64,000 nt of DNA from NCBI GenBank assembly GCA_963803805.1, contig CAWDOD010000002.1, positions 640,001 through 704,000 of the forward strand, written 5' to 3'. Each line of letters begins with the position of its first letter. Within the stretch, counting starts at the first letter, position 1. The stretch is from an uncultured cyanobacterium (GTDB lineage Bacteria > Cyanobacteriota > Cyanobacteriia > Cyanobacteriales > CAWCAG01). The position numbers were made by a program, and so were the translations under genes. Below are positions 1 to 10,278 of this stretch, one piece after another. A model generated the notes under the pieces. That model saw nothing but the letters and a program-made list of their open reading frames with translations. It ran no database searches and was not told where the DNA came from.

Positions 1-1247
1 GCCTCTTCAATTGGTTTTGCTGCTTTGGCTTCTTCTTCACCTACTTGGGAAGAGACATCTTGCCTTACAGAGTCTAATTCGTTGTTTTGACCAAAGTTTT
101 CGGCATCTTGTTCGTTGTCAGGAATGATGGCATCAATTTTCGCTAAGAGTGCAGCTTTGAAAGCGTTTGCGCTGAAAGTCCCTGGCTGCTGTTGCTCCAT
201 TTGCTCGACTTGGGAGTCTTGAGCTTTACTTTCCACTTCATTTGGAGGGGATTGAGCAGCACCTTGAGCTTCCTGGGCTTCCGAGGTTGCTGGTTCATGC
301 TGTTTTTCTTGGGCTGCTACACCTTTAACATCACCCACCAAGCCTTGAAAACCGGCATCTTCCCCCGCAGAGGTAGGAGAATTTCCTCCAGAAGTACCTT
401 GTTGCATAGAGCCTACATCAGAGGTTGCTGCACTCTTTAGATTTTCTGCTTGATTGCTGGCTTCTCCTTGAGATTTTGTTTGTTCTTGGACTCCAATTGT
501 TTCTGAATTTAGTGCTTTTTGAGGCTGGCTTTCTAATTGATTAATTGCTTTGGGTTTAATCTCTTGTTCAGGAGTTTCAATAGCAACCTTATTTCCCTGT
601 GCCGATGATTTGTTTTCTTTATGAGGCTCCTGAACTATTGATTTTGGCTGAAGTTCTCCTTTTGCTTCTGCTGGCTGCTCCTGATTTTCCGTACTATCCT
701 GTTGCCGTTGAAGATTCTGCCCTAAAGGTTGCTCAAAGGAGTTAGGGGCAGTTTGCCACTCTTGCTTCATCTGCTGTTGATGACTAGCAATTAGGGAATT
801 ACGAATTTGCTGCCCTACAGCACTGTTTTGTCTACGTTCTTCTGTTCCTGCTACAGTGTCAAGGTTGATGGCTTGGGCTTGAATTGAGGGTTTCTGCCCA
901 AAATTTAGGGTATAGGAACTCTCCATCCCCATACTTTCCCCTTGCCCTACTAATATTGAACTCCGTACTCTATTAGTAAATGCGGCTCTATCTTCTGCTG
1001 ATAAAGTGGAATTTCTTTGTAAACGCTCTTCAGCTTCTACTATGGTTTCTACCTTAGAAGAAGGACTGGTTTGAACGAAAGAGTCGTCTAGGCTTATTGG
1101 AGGCGGCTCTGGGGGGACATTTTTAAGCTTTTGTATCTGTTCACTAGTTCTTTCTTTCGCTACTGGGGGTTTAGCAACAGGGGGCTGTGACTTCTTTTGA
1201 ACAGGAGCAGAAGAGGACTTTTTTGGGTGAGTGATGTGGGCTTTCAT
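1..1247 (-). CDS. Large Q/E/A-rich protein, 5' part only (continues beyond window start); resembles the N-terminal/central region of eCIS-associated polymorphic toxin-like proteins
   Basis: Manual translation from ATG at 1247 (MKAHITHPKKSSSAPVQKK...) stays open to base 1, about 415 codons. It includes SPTSAGEDAGFQGLVGDVKGVAAQEKQHEPA...AQDSQVEQMEQQQPGTFSANAFKAALLAKIDAIIPDNEQDAENFGQNNELDSV. Absent from the ORF track because no stop lies in the window. The ORF is secure; the family call is from memory. Confidence 0.7.
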   Translation of the reverse strand, partial: MKAHITHPKKSSSAPVQKKSQPPVAKPPVAKERTSEQIQKLKNVPPEPPPISLDDSFVQTSPSSKVETIVEAEERLQRNSTLSAEDRAAFTNRVRSSILVGQGESMGMESSYTLNFGQKPSIQAQAINLDTVAGTEERRQNSAVGQQIRNSLIASHQQQMKQEWQTAPNSFEQPLGQNLQRQQDSTENQEQPAEAKGELQPKSIVQEPHKENKSSAQGNKVAIETPEQEIKPKAINQLESQPQKALNSETIGVQEQTKSQGEASNQAENLKSAATSDVGSMQQGTSGGNSPTSAGEDAGFQGLVGDVKGVAAQEKQHEPATSEAQEAQGAAQSPPNEVESKAQDSQVEQMEQQQPGTFSANAFKAALLAKIDAIIPDNEQDAENFGQNNELDSVRQDVSSQVGEEEAKAAKPIEE

Positions 1248-1422
1248 ACTCAGTAGTCAAGCTAATTATCACTAATAATACCTGAATATTTTTTTCTAGT
1301 TACCGATTGACAAATTTCTTTAGATGTGGAGCCTCAAAATATAGAGATATAGCAATTATTAGTGCTAAGCTGTCAGGCATTTATATTGCTTGCTTAGGAT
1401 AGGGAATAGGGAATTGCTAATA

Positions 1423-2801
1423 TCAATACCAAGATAGCAACCACATACGGGCAGCAAATTCAGATTGAGAAAGAGGTAAACCAAGATAAATTGGCAACCA
1501 AAATAGCCAAGCACAAAAAATAATTGCGATTCGCAATTATTCCACAGTATTTGTATTGCACAATTGAACTATGTAAACATTGGTCAATTAACCAACTGAG
1601 GGCGAGAAAAGCGAAGATAGAAGCTCCCATATAATGGTAAATATAAGTACAGCGAGTTACTTTAATCCAAGGTAAAAAGTTGGCAGCGTAGTTGAAGATT
1701 AGAAAAATTGGGATACAAAAGTTTTCAGAGTGAATTTTTTGCCCCTTGTAATACTTACTTGATTGGGCAAATAAGCTCCCTAAGACAATTAATATTGCTA
1801 AACTGGAAAGCCACCAAAGTAGAGGATTGCCTAAAGCGTGAACATCATGTACCGTTAACTCACTCACCCCGTTACTAACTTGCTTATAATAGTAGCCAAC
1901 AGGACGAAGCATTAAGGGCCAAGTGTACCAGGCAGAACAATAGGGATGGGTTGCAGTTGTATTACCAATACTGTGGTGATAACCCAAAATTTGTTGGTGT
2001 ACTTGCCAGAAATTAAATTCTTGGTTTAAGGCTAAATGAGGAATCCATAATAGGCGGTAAATTAAGGCTGGAATTATAGCGAAGTTGAGCAGAAAATCCC
2101 AGGAATTAACTTTACTTAATTGTTGCCATAAAGGATGGTGTAAAGAGAATTTTAGCTTTTTTGTGACTTTGACGAAACCATAAAATAGATAAACTCCCAA
2201 CAAAAAGCCTAAACCATTCCACTTAACAGCAAGACAAAAACCAAAAAAGATTCCTGAAGCGAGGAAGTAAAATTGTTGTTTACTAGAATAATTAAGAGCG
2301 ATAAGAAATAATAACTGCCCCAATAAGCCGAAAGCAAGCAAATAAATATTAATTAACCCATAACGGGATTCTACTAATAATAAACCGTCTGTAGCTGCTA
2401 AAAAGCTAGCAATAAAGGCATAGCTATAACGGCGAGTTAATTGATAGGAGATCGCACTAATTATTAGGGGCAGAAAGCTACCCGGTTAAAGCATTTAACC
2501 AGCGATAGGCGTAGGCAAAGCCCGCCGTAGGCATCGCTGTATTACCTTGCTTGAAAAAATTGGTATGCAGCCAAATCCCCATACTAATTAAGTACTTGCC
2601 TAAAGGGGGATGAACATCAAAGAAAGGAACTTGTTGAAGATAGTTATAGCCGTATTTAGCAAAATAAACTTCATCAAAAACAAATTCATTAAAACGTCCC
2701 AAGCCCCAAAACCTCAAGCCAAAAGACAACAAAAATATTGCCAGGATACCGATAGCGAATAAACGATTAATGCCCTTACTAAGTACTTCGTCTTTCCCCA
2801 T
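1423..2801 (-). CDS. Dolichyl-phosphate-mannose-protein mannosyltransferase family (GT39/PMT) glycosyltransferase, interrupted by two +1 frameshifts (~2481 and ~1530)
   Basis: Motifs VFDEVYFA, FFDVHPPLGK, AVKWNG, HPYCSAWYTWPLMLRP, GNPLLWW and YIYHY. Removing one base at each site gives a continuous ~458-aa ORF ending ...WLPIYLGLPLSQSEFAARMWLLSWY*. Confidence 0.85.
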
Positions 2802-2803
2802 AC

Positions 2804-2870
2804 CTATTACTTATTACCTATTCCCTATTACCTCCAAACTTATTACTTATTATTTATTACTTATTACTTA
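2804..2870. repeat. Heptameric STRR-type tandem repeats (TTATTAC/CCTATTA variants)
   Basis: ttattacttattacctattccctattacc...ttattacttattatttattacttattactt. Similar tracts occur at ~3721, 17970, 18020, 30870, 34510-34640, 59606 and 62760-62910. Confidence 0.75.
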
Positions 2871-2871
2871 A

Positions 2872-3234
2872 TCACCTTCCCCTAACTCCCCCGTTCGGCC
2901 CAATCATCCTGGGCATCTCTACAGCTTCTCGGAACACTTCTACTGATTCGCTGTAATCGATAGGTAAAACTGAAACTACGTTTTCGTGGGGGCGAGGGAT
3001 AATTACCCAAGATTCTAGAGTAGCCCCAGCAACTTTTTCTACCGCATCAATACCGGCTTCCATTGATCTTTTAACTTCTGATACGTCTCCGCGGATATTG
3101 ATATTAAAACGGGCGCTACCAACTCGGATATAACCTACGAGAGTAACTCGCCCAGCTTTAACCATTGCATCTGCTGCTGCTAGTATTCCTGGAAAACCTT
3201 TTGTTTCAATTGAGCCAACTGCTTGTTGTGTCAC
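2872..3234 (-). CDS. ccmK4: Carboxysome shell protein CcmK4 (BMC domain)
   Basis: AVGSIETKGFPGILAAADAMVKAGRVTLVGYIRVGSARF; lies downstream of ccmK3. Confidence 0.92.
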   Translation of the reverse strand: MTQQAVGSIETKGFPGILAAADAMVKAGRVTLVGYIRVGSARFNINIRGDVSEVKRSMEAGIDAVEKVAGATLESWVIIPRPHENVVSVLPIDYSESVEVFREAVEMPRMIGPNGGVRGR

Positions 3235-3345
3235 GAGTTCCCTCTCTTTATAATCTAATTATTAGATAGCAATAAAACCTAAACTTTAATTTTACGGGTC
3301 TTTACGCACCATTGGGCATTTATATCAAGAATCTCCGGCATTTGC

Positions 3346-3654
3346 TCATATTCGGAATACTTCTACTTCCTCTGTATAGGCTATGGGCAAAATAGCGACT
3401 ATATTTTCTGGTGGATTAGCAACAATATAGTGAGTTGTGACCTTAGAGCCAAAAGTTTCTGTAGCAGCTTCTAATCCTTCTTCCATAGCCATTTTAACCT
3501 CAGAAATGCTACCGCGAATAGCCACAAAAAAGTTGCCGCTTTCTGCTTTATCGCAATGAACTACGGTAACTCTTGCACCTTTAACCATCGCATCTGCTGC
3601 TGCTAAGATTCCAGGAAAGCCTAACGTTTGGATGACTCCGACTGCTTCTGGCAT
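3346..3654 (-). CDS. ccmK3: Carboxysome shell protein CcmK3 (BMC domain)
   Basis: MPEAVGVIQTLGFPGILAAADAMVKGARV...NPPENI; typical ccmK3-ccmK4 satellite pair. Confidence 0.9.
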   Translation of the reverse strand: MPEAVGVIQTLGFPGILAAADAMVKGARVTVVHCDKAESGNFFVAIRGSISEVKMAMEEGLEAATETFGSKVTTHYIVANPPENIVAILPIAYTEEVEVFRI

Positions 3655-3843
3655 GGGTTATTTTCCTTTGGGTTTATATTCCCTTAATAACCAAAGATTA
3701 TATAGCAGGGAGTAGCCGCAAGTGATAAGTGATAAGTAATAAGTTTTGATGTCAATAGGATCGCTTTTGTTGGAGAGGGAAGAAATACTTCTTGACAATA
3801 TCTGACAATTTTATCGGGGGATACGATTGTGCTTTCTTAGTAG

Positions 3844-4329
3844 CTAATCTACCCGATTTAAGCGATAAACGAAGCAGTCATCATCACTAAATTGTCGCCG
3901 TTCAACAAATTGGAAGCCAAGACGTTCATAGAAACGGTGGGCGCGAGTATTACTAGCAAGTGGATCGACCAATACTGCTGTCACTAAAGGATTGGCAAAA
4001 CATCGGGCCAGGGCAAGCTGCATCATTGTTGTACCATAACCTTTACCTAAGTCCGTTTCTTCCCCAATCCAAATATCAATAGCCCGAAGATTTGCAGCAA
4101 TATCACCCCAGTAGTGGCTATCCTCACGGGCTGGATCTATGATCTGGATAAATCCAATCGGACGATGACCAATCTCAGCAATCAATTGCTCTCTCCAGTC
4201 GGGATTACGTTTAAGTTCTCTTTCCCAGTCCCAGTCATCATCAGGATCTGAGGCAATTATATGAGGCTGTTGATCCCAATGTTGTAATAGAGTCAAATCA
4301 TCGGGAGTAGCTGGGCGTAAATTGATCAT
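3844..4329 (-). CDS. GNAT family N-acetyltransferase (AAC(6')-like subfamily)
   Basis: IDIWIGEETDLGKGYGT and DPLASNTRAHRFYERLGF acetyl-CoA-binding motifs. Confidence 0.85.
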   Translation of the reverse strand: MINLRPATPDDLTLLQHWDQQPHIIASDPDDDWDWERELKRNPDWREQLIAEIGHRPIGFIQIIDPAREDSHYWGDIAANLRAIDIWIGEETDLGKGYGTTMMQLALARCFANPLVTAVLVDPLASNTRAHRFYERLGFQFVERRQFSDDDCFVYRLNRVD

Positions 4330-4502
4330 AACTTTTGGTAATTTAAAGCTATTGTTTGATAGTTAAGTACCTAGACAAAATTAATTGAATATTTTGTTGA
4401 TATTGGGTTGGCGCACTTCCTTACAAACCAATTTAAAATTATAGAAGCTTAGGAGAGTAAATAATACAATTTTGATTATCCCCTTTTCTCACAACTAAGC
4501 TA

Positions 4503-6212
4503 ATGAAAAATCACGAAAATCTTTACTCTAAATTATTACAACTTGATAATTGTAGCTACAAAGCTTATCGGGATATTGAAGGAAGTTACCAGTTTCCTAA
4601 CTTTAATTTAATTGTTGATCGCGTCCAAGGTGATCCCTTTGCTGCCCCCAGTAAGCTACGAATTAAAATACCTCAAAATGTGGCTGGTTTCCCTAGTCAA
4701 ATTTATCAATCTTTGAGTCGGAAAATAGCTTTAGAAGATTATTTAATTCGTCAGTTTGCTATAGTTGCTGAAGAGTTTAACTCTCACCGAGGTTCTGGTA
4801 AAAGTGGCTTAATTGCTATTACTCGTATTGGACAAGAAGTACTTTCTCGTAATGCCGCCACGGTGAATTCTCAAGGGATAGAAATACGCTTTCTAGTAGG
4901 ATTACCTGCTAGGGGAAGGAGAATTTTAGGCCATCAGGCAGCAGAAATGTTGTTAGAAAATGTACCAGAAATTGTTGATCGCGCCCTTAAATATCGTGCC
5001 TTAGATGCCCAAGCTATACAACAACAAGTAGAAACTATTGAGGATGCAGATTGGTTGCGGCAACAGTTAAGGGAAAAGGGTTTGGTGGCTTTTATTCCTG
5101 ATAAGGCAGTTTTACCTCGACGCAGTGGCGTTGATCAACGTCCTTTAGAAAGTGATCCTGTTCCCTGGCAGACTCCCCTCTCCCTCAAGATTGAATTTAA
5201 TCTTCCCAATCAGGGTTTAATAATTGGAACAGGAATTCCTCAAGGTATTACTTTAATTGTGGGGGGTGGTTATCATGGCAAATCTACTTTACTCCGTGCT
5301 TTGGAGTTGGGGATTTACGATACCATTCCTGGGGATGGTAGGGAGTTGGTAGTCACAGAAGCAACGGCGGTTAAAATACGCGCTGAGGATGGTAGAGGGA
5401 TTGCAGGGGTTGATATTTCCCCTTTTATTAATCACTTGCCCCAAAAACGTTCTACCACCAATTTTTCTACTACTAATGCTAGTGGCAGTACTTCTCAAGC
5501 GGCTAATATTGTGGAAGCTTTGGAAGTGGGGACAAAATTACTTTTAGTTGATGAAGATACCGCCGCGACGAATTTTATGATTCGCGATCGCCGGATGCAG
5601 CAATTAATTGCCAAAGAAAAGGAACCCATTACTCCTTTTATTGATAAAATTCAGCAACTTTATCAAGATTGCGGGGTATCAACAATTTTGGTGATGGGGG
5701 GAAGCGGAGATTATTTCGAGGTAGCAGATACGGTTATTGCTATGGAAAACTTTTCTCCCTATGATGTGACAGCAAAAGCGAAAGAAATCGCTCGCACCAA
5801 TTCTACTAAGCGTGTAGCAGAAGGAGGTCAAGGTTTCGGTAAAATTACTCCCAGGATACCTTTACCTGCCAGCATTGACCCTAGTTGTGGCAAAAAAGCG
5901 GTCAAGGTTAAAGTTAGGGATACCGATGAAGTTGCTTTTGGCACAGAAGATATTGATTTAGGATCTGTAGAACAAATTGTTGAATCTGGGCAATTAAAAG
6001 CGATCGCGGCTGCTATTGTTTATGCAAAAGAGAATTATTTGGATAGTAAAAGAACTCTAGCCGAAGTTTTAGATTTAGTGATGGCTGATATTGTTGCTCA
6101 AGGTTTGGATGTCATTACAGATTTTACTCAGGGAGATTTAGCTATATTCCGGGGTTTTGAATTAGCTGCAGTCATTAATCGCTTGCGTAGTTTGCAAGTT
6201 AAAGGAGAATAG
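4503..6212 (+). CDS. ABC-class ATPase domain-containing protein
   Basis: VQGDPFAAPS; Walker A GGGYHGKST; ASGSTSQAA; Walker B LLLVDEDTAATNFMIRD. Confidence 0.88.
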   Translation: MKNHENLYSKLLQLDNCSYKAYRDIEGSYQFPNFNLIVDRVQGDPFAAPSKLRIKIPQNVAGFPSQIYQSLSRKIALEDYLIRQFAIVAEEFNSHRGSGKSGLIAITRIGQEVLSRNAATVNSQGIEIRFLVGLPARGRRILGHQAAEMLLENVPEIVDRALKYRALDAQAIQQQVETIEDADWLRQQLREKGLVAFIPDKAVLPRRSGVDQRPLESDPVPWQTPLSLKIEFNLPNQGLIIGTGIPQGITLIVGGGYHGKSTLLRALELGIYDTIPGDGRELVVTEATAVKIRAEDGRGIAGVDISPFINHLPQKRSTTNFSTTNASGSTSQAANIVEALEVGTKLLLVDEDTAATNFMIRDRRMQQLIAKEKEPITPFIDKIQQLYQDCGVSTILVMGGSGDYFEVADTVIAMENFSPYDVTAKAKEIARTNSTKRVAEGGQGFGKITPRIPLPASIDPSCGKKAVKVKVRDTDEVAFGTEDIDLGSVEQIVESGQLKAIAAAIVYAKENYLDSKRTLAEVLDLVMADIVAQGLDVITDFTQGDLAIFRGFELAAVINRLRSLQVKGE

Positions 6213-6312
6213 CCTTAAGTTATTGGCACAGCTTTCTTAGGAGGGGAATAATAATACCTTTTGTTTAATTTTATACTTTGGCCTTTTGCCTTACGCGTAG
6301 CGCTATCGTAAT

Positions 6313-6687
6313 CTAAGCTAAACTCCAATCAGGTCTAAGATGCCTTGCTTGGCGTAAATAGGAGTGAATCATCGCCTTTTGAGGTTTTGGGGTATTAACT
6401 TGAATTAAAACCCTGATACAGCGTTCCAAACTATCTTCAACATCCATTTGCTGGAAATCTAATAAAGGTACATCATCCCATTTAGGGCGCTGCCGACATA
6501 CCGCCGCCGGGAATATAGCATCTAAATCTTTAGTAGCTGTGAAAAAGGCACAGACAATTTCTTCTGGATCTAATTCATTGCGAGTTTCAAGATCATCTAA
6601 TAATTCCTTAACAGCTTCAGTAATTGCTTCAACTGTATTCTGGGAGACGGTTATAGCCCCACGAATACCTCTTACTTTCCATTCCAC
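6313..6687 (-). CDS. aroH: Chorismate mutase, AroH type
   Basis: VRGIRGAITV...FTATKDLDAIFPA...CIRVLI...LRPDW; start placed at GTG 6687, downstream of GGAGG. Confidence 0.9.
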   Translation of the reverse strand: MEWKVRGIRGAITVSQNTVEAITEAVKELLDDLETRNELDPEEIVCAFFTATKDLDAIFPAAVCRQRPKWDDVPLLDFQQMDVEDSLERCIRVLIQVNTPKPQKAMIHSYLRQARHLRPDWSLA

Positions 6688-6903
6688 AACGAAATCCTCC
6701 GCAAACTTTACCAAAGTAGGAAAAAGTAAAAAAGCACTCCGATCAAAAAGATGTTTGGCTTTGAAATACCCAGATCCAAACCGTTATTTTGCTGTCCCCT
6801 GATGTTTAACATAGAGTCTTTACTACTTAAACTTACTTAGTTGCTTCACTATACGCTATATTGATAACAAGTTTTTGGGGGCAGAAATGCCCTTAACCCT
6901 AAA

Positions 6904-7725
6904 TTAGGGGCGATAAAGCCATAAAGGTTGGCCGCTAGTAGCAAGTTCAAATTCTAACCAGTTTACGGCTTTGCCCAGGCTAGAGGAAGTTTGCTTGCTA
7001 CCAGATAACAGCCGTACTAAGCGAGATTTCTTCTCTTCAATATCTTGAGATTTGGCTTTATCTGGATCGAGTCCTGCTAATTCTGCTGCCCAACAACGGG
7101 CATCTTCTTCTGTACCTAAACGGTCTACTACTCCTAATTTTAAAGCTTGTTCCCCAGTAAAAATGCGACCATCAGCAAAGGTTCTGACTGTTTCTTCTTG
7201 TAAGTTACGTCCTTCGGCGACGGTTTGGACAAATTGTTTGTAACTCACATCAATTAGTTCTTGAAGAATAGTTTCTTCTTCTGGGGTTAATTCTCGATCA
7301 AAGGCTAAAATATCTTTGTAGGGGCCAGATTTAACTACTTTAAACGAAACACCAATTTTGTCCAATAGCCGTTCTAAATTATTACCCCGCAAAATAACAC
7401 CGATGCTACCTGTAATTGTGCCTGGGTTAGCAACAATATGTTCTGCCCCCATACCAATATAAACCCCCCCCGAAGCGGAAATATTACCGAAACTAGCGAC
7501 AATAACTAGCTTTTCTCGTAACTTCTTGAGGGCATAATAAATTTCTTGAGAATCTCCTACTGTGCCTCCAGGAGAATCAATACGCAACAACAAAGCCGGA
7601 AATTTCTTTTCTTCCACTGTTTTTAGCGCTTTAAGAACCCGCTTACGAGTTTCTGAGGCGATCGCGCCGGTAATTTCTATACGGGCAATTTGTCGAGAAG
7701 TTTTTGGTTTAAAAGGCCAAATCAT
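6904..7725 (-). CDS. sppA: Signal peptide peptidase SppA (36K type)
   Basis: LLRIDSPGG, SASGGVYI, TGSIGVI, KSGPYKD, ADGRIFTGEQA. Confidence 0.93.
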   Translation of the reverse strand: MIWPFKPKTSRQIARIEITGAIASETRKRVLKALKTVEEKKFPALLLRIDSPGGTVGDSQEIYYALKKLREKLVIVASFGNISASGGVYIGMGAEHIVANPGTITGSIGVILRGNNLERLLDKIGVSFKVVKSGPYKDILAFDRELTPEEETILQELIDVSYKQFVQTVAEGRNLQEETVRTFADGRIFTGEQALKLGVVDRLGTEEDARCWAAELAGLDPDKAKSQDIEEKKSRLVRLLSGSKQTSSSLGKAVNWLEFELATSGQPLWLYRP

Positions 7726-7862
7726 AGGTTTTAAGGTTGAAAATTATCTGGTTTTGAGGACAGCGTTGCTTTTAAGGGAGGTAATAACTAACTTTTATTT
7801 GCAAAACTACACAATACGTTAACATTGGGTAAATAAAATCTGCCAATATTTACTTATTATCC

Positions 7863-8864
7863 ATGCAGTTAGTACTTACTAAGTTTAAACTTCCGATATC
7901 CTCTTTATTATTGATTTCTCCTTTCTTCCTTTGGGGAACCGCTATGGTAGCAATGAAAGGAGTTATGCCCCAAACCACCCCCCTATTTTTAGCAGGAGTG
8001 CGTTTGCTACCGGCGGGACTTTTGGTTATTGCCGTTAGTCTCATTTTAGGTCGTCCTCAACCCCGTGGTTGGCAAGCTTGGTTGTGGATTAGCTTTTTTG
8101 CTTTAGTAGATGGAACTTTATTTCAGGGTTTTCTCGCCGAAGGATTAGTTAAGACTAGTGCGGGTTTGGGTTCAGTGATGATTGATTCCCAACCTTTAGC
8201 AGTAGCTTTGCTATCTAGTTGGTTATTTGGAGAAGTAATTGGTATTTGGGGGTGGCTAGGTTTAACTTTTGGTATTTTGGGTATTAGTTTAATCGGTTTG
8301 CCTGACGAATGGATTTGGGGAATTTGGCAAGGAACTGGAGCTGAGATATCATGGAGTCTACAAAGTTTATTGCAAAGTGGTCAGTGGTTAATGCTCTTAG
8401 CAGCACTAGCGATGGCAGTAGGTACGGTAACAATTCGCTTTGTTAGTCGTTATGCTGATCCCATAGCTGCCACAGGCTGGCATCTGGTTTTGGGAGGATT
8501 TCCGTTATTTTTGGGTTCAGGGTTATGGGAATCTGGGCAGTGGATCAATATTGATTCTCAAGGTTGGTTATGCTTAGGTTATGCTACGGTTTTTGGTAGT
8601 GCGATCGCCTACGGTGGATTTTTCTATCTAGCCTCTCGTGGCAATCTTACGAGTATTAGTTCCCTGACTTTTTTAACGCCAGTTTTTGCTTTACTCTTTG
8701 GTAATCTCTTTTTAGCAGAAATCCTCACTCCGATTCAGTCAGTAGGAGTTTGCCTTACTCTTATTAGCATTTATTTGATTAATCAAAGGGAAGAAATTGG
8801 GGTAAAACTAAGTTCATACTTTTCCCAAAAGGAAACAATTAAACCTCCCAGGGCATCTACATAA
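7863..8864 (+). CDS. DMT/EamA family transporter
   Basis: About 10 hydrophobic helices; PFFLWGTAMVAMK, IDSQPLAVA, LTFLTPVFA. Confidence 0.88.
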   Translation: MQLVLTKFKLPISSLLLISPFFLWGTAMVAMKGVMPQTTPLFLAGVRLLPAGLLVIAVSLILGRPQPRGWQAWLWISFFALVDGTLFQGFLAEGLVKTSAGLGSVMIDSQPLAVALLSSWLFGEVIGIWGWLGLTFGILGISLIGLPDEWIWGIWQGTGAEISWSLQSLLQSGQWLMLLAALAMAVGTVTIRFVSRYADPIAATGWHLVLGGFPLFLGSGLWESGQWINIDSQGWLCLGYATVFGSAIAYGGFFYLASRGNLTSISSLTFLTPVFALLFGNLFLAEILTPIQSVGVCLTLISIYLINQREEIGVKLSSYFSQKETIKPPRAST

Positions 8865-9053
8865 TAAGAGGGAGTGACTGCAAGAGGGGAGAAGTAATAA
8901 GCTTTGAATATACTGTTCCCTTTACCCAATGATAAATGATTACCCAAGCAATATGACTAAAGGTTACAGTAGTGGGTAATCTAGAATGGGTGCGCTGATA
9001 ATTGGTAGCACACATCACCAAAAAACTGGCTCAAAACTTCAGCCGGAGAGTTT

Positions 9054-10262
9054 ATGATTCGCTATCGTTTCCCTTTATTAATTGCTACTTGGGCTACTTG
9101 TTTAAGTTTCTCTTCTAGCAATGTTCATAGTCTAAGACCAAATTTGGTTTTGGCAAGTTCACAGCAACTAGAAGGGGAAGTATCTCACAATACCTTAATT
9201 CAAGCCCAAGCACCAAAGGAAGAAGAGAAAGAACAGCAAGAAGCAAAACCAAAACTTTTACAACTAGGGGATCAAGGAGAAGAGGTTAAAAAACTCCAAA
9301 ATCAACTACAAGAACTAGGTTATCTTGAAACAGAACCTGATGGAGAATACAACCTCAAAACCAAGAGTGCGATCGCGCTTTTTCAAGAGAAGGAAGGATT
9401 GAATAATGACGGTGTTGCTGGGGCAGTAACACAAGAGTTAATTATCAAAGCAGTTGCCCAAAAAAAGGCTGAGGAGAAGCAAGATTCTCAGTCGGAAGAA
9501 GCCCCAAGCAAAAGCAGATTTACGAAGAGATCTTTGCTGATAATTGTTGCAGGCTTATTACTTGCAGGAGGCTTGTTAGGGGGCGCTTTAATGCTGCTTC
9601 GCCTCAGAAAAGCTTCCCTTGAAGATTGGGAGGAAGAAACCGAACAAGAGGAGGAGGTAGAAGCATTTCTATCCCAAGAAAATCACAACTTACCTAGTAG
9701 CAATGGTAATGCCGAAAACCACTCTCTACCAAATCCAGTATCTCAAAAGATTTTACAAGTAAGAACACCATCTCCTCTAGCTAAGGTAGATCGGATTGAA
9801 GAATTAATCAAAGACTTACAAGAATCTGATAGAGTTAAACGTCGTCAAGCAATTTGGGAATTAGCACAAAAAGGTGATTCTAGGGCGGTTAAACCTTTAT
9901 CTAATTTGATTATTGACTCTGATTCTCAGCAATGCGGTTTGATTTTAGAAGCCCTTTCCCAGATTAGCACCCGTACTCTCAAACCAGTTAATCGAGCCTT
10001 AGCAATATCCTTGCAGGATGAAAATCCTGAAGTACGCAAAAATGCTATCCGAGATTTGACTAAAGTTTATGACATGGTTAACCAAGTCAATCGCCTTTTA
10101 CAAATGGCTTGCGATGATCCTGATCCTGAAGTACAAGAAACTGCGAGATGGGCGGCACAGAAGTTTGGTAAGTCGCCTATAATATCAGGAGATCAAGATT
10201 TACCTAAGTTTAATAGTTCTATTGATTCTATTGATGCTTTGGAGAGGCGGTTGGAGGAGTAG
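9054..10262 (+). CDS. Membrane protein with periplasmic peptidoglycan-binding domain and cytoplasmic HEAT repeats
   Basis: Signal-like N-terminus; PG_binding_1 motif LQLGDQGEEVKKLQNQLQELGY...DGVAG; one TM helix; HEAT repeats RRQAIWELAQKGD and VRKNAIRDL. Confidence 0.8.
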   Translation: MIRYRFPLLIATWATCLSFSSSNVHSLRPNLVLASSQQLEGEVSHNTLIQAQAPKEEEKEQQEAKPKLLQLGDQGEEVKKLQNQLQELGYLETEPDGEYNLKTKSAIALFQEKEGLNNDGVAGAVTQELIIKAVAQKKAEEKQDSQSEEAPSKSRFTKRSLLIIVAGLLLAGGLLGGALMLLRLRKASLEDWEEETEQEEEVEAFLSQENHNLPSSNGNAENHSLPNPVSQKILQVRTPSPLAKVDRIEELIKDLQESDRVKRRQAIWELAQKGDSRAVKPLSNLIIDSDSQQCGLILEALSQISTRTLKPVNRALAISLQDENPEVRKNAIRDLTKVYDMVNQVNRLLQMACDDPDPEVQETARWAAQKFGKSPIISGDQDLPKFNSSIDSIDALERRLEE

Positions 10263-10278
10263 GTAATTGATAATTAAC

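Noticed and set aside
192-440. 82-aa plus-strand ORF
   Set aside because: Antisense shadow of the long minus-strand ORF 1-1247.
3844-4329. Aminoglycoside resistance gene
   Set aside because: The GNAT fold alone does not establish the substrate, and there is no mobile context.
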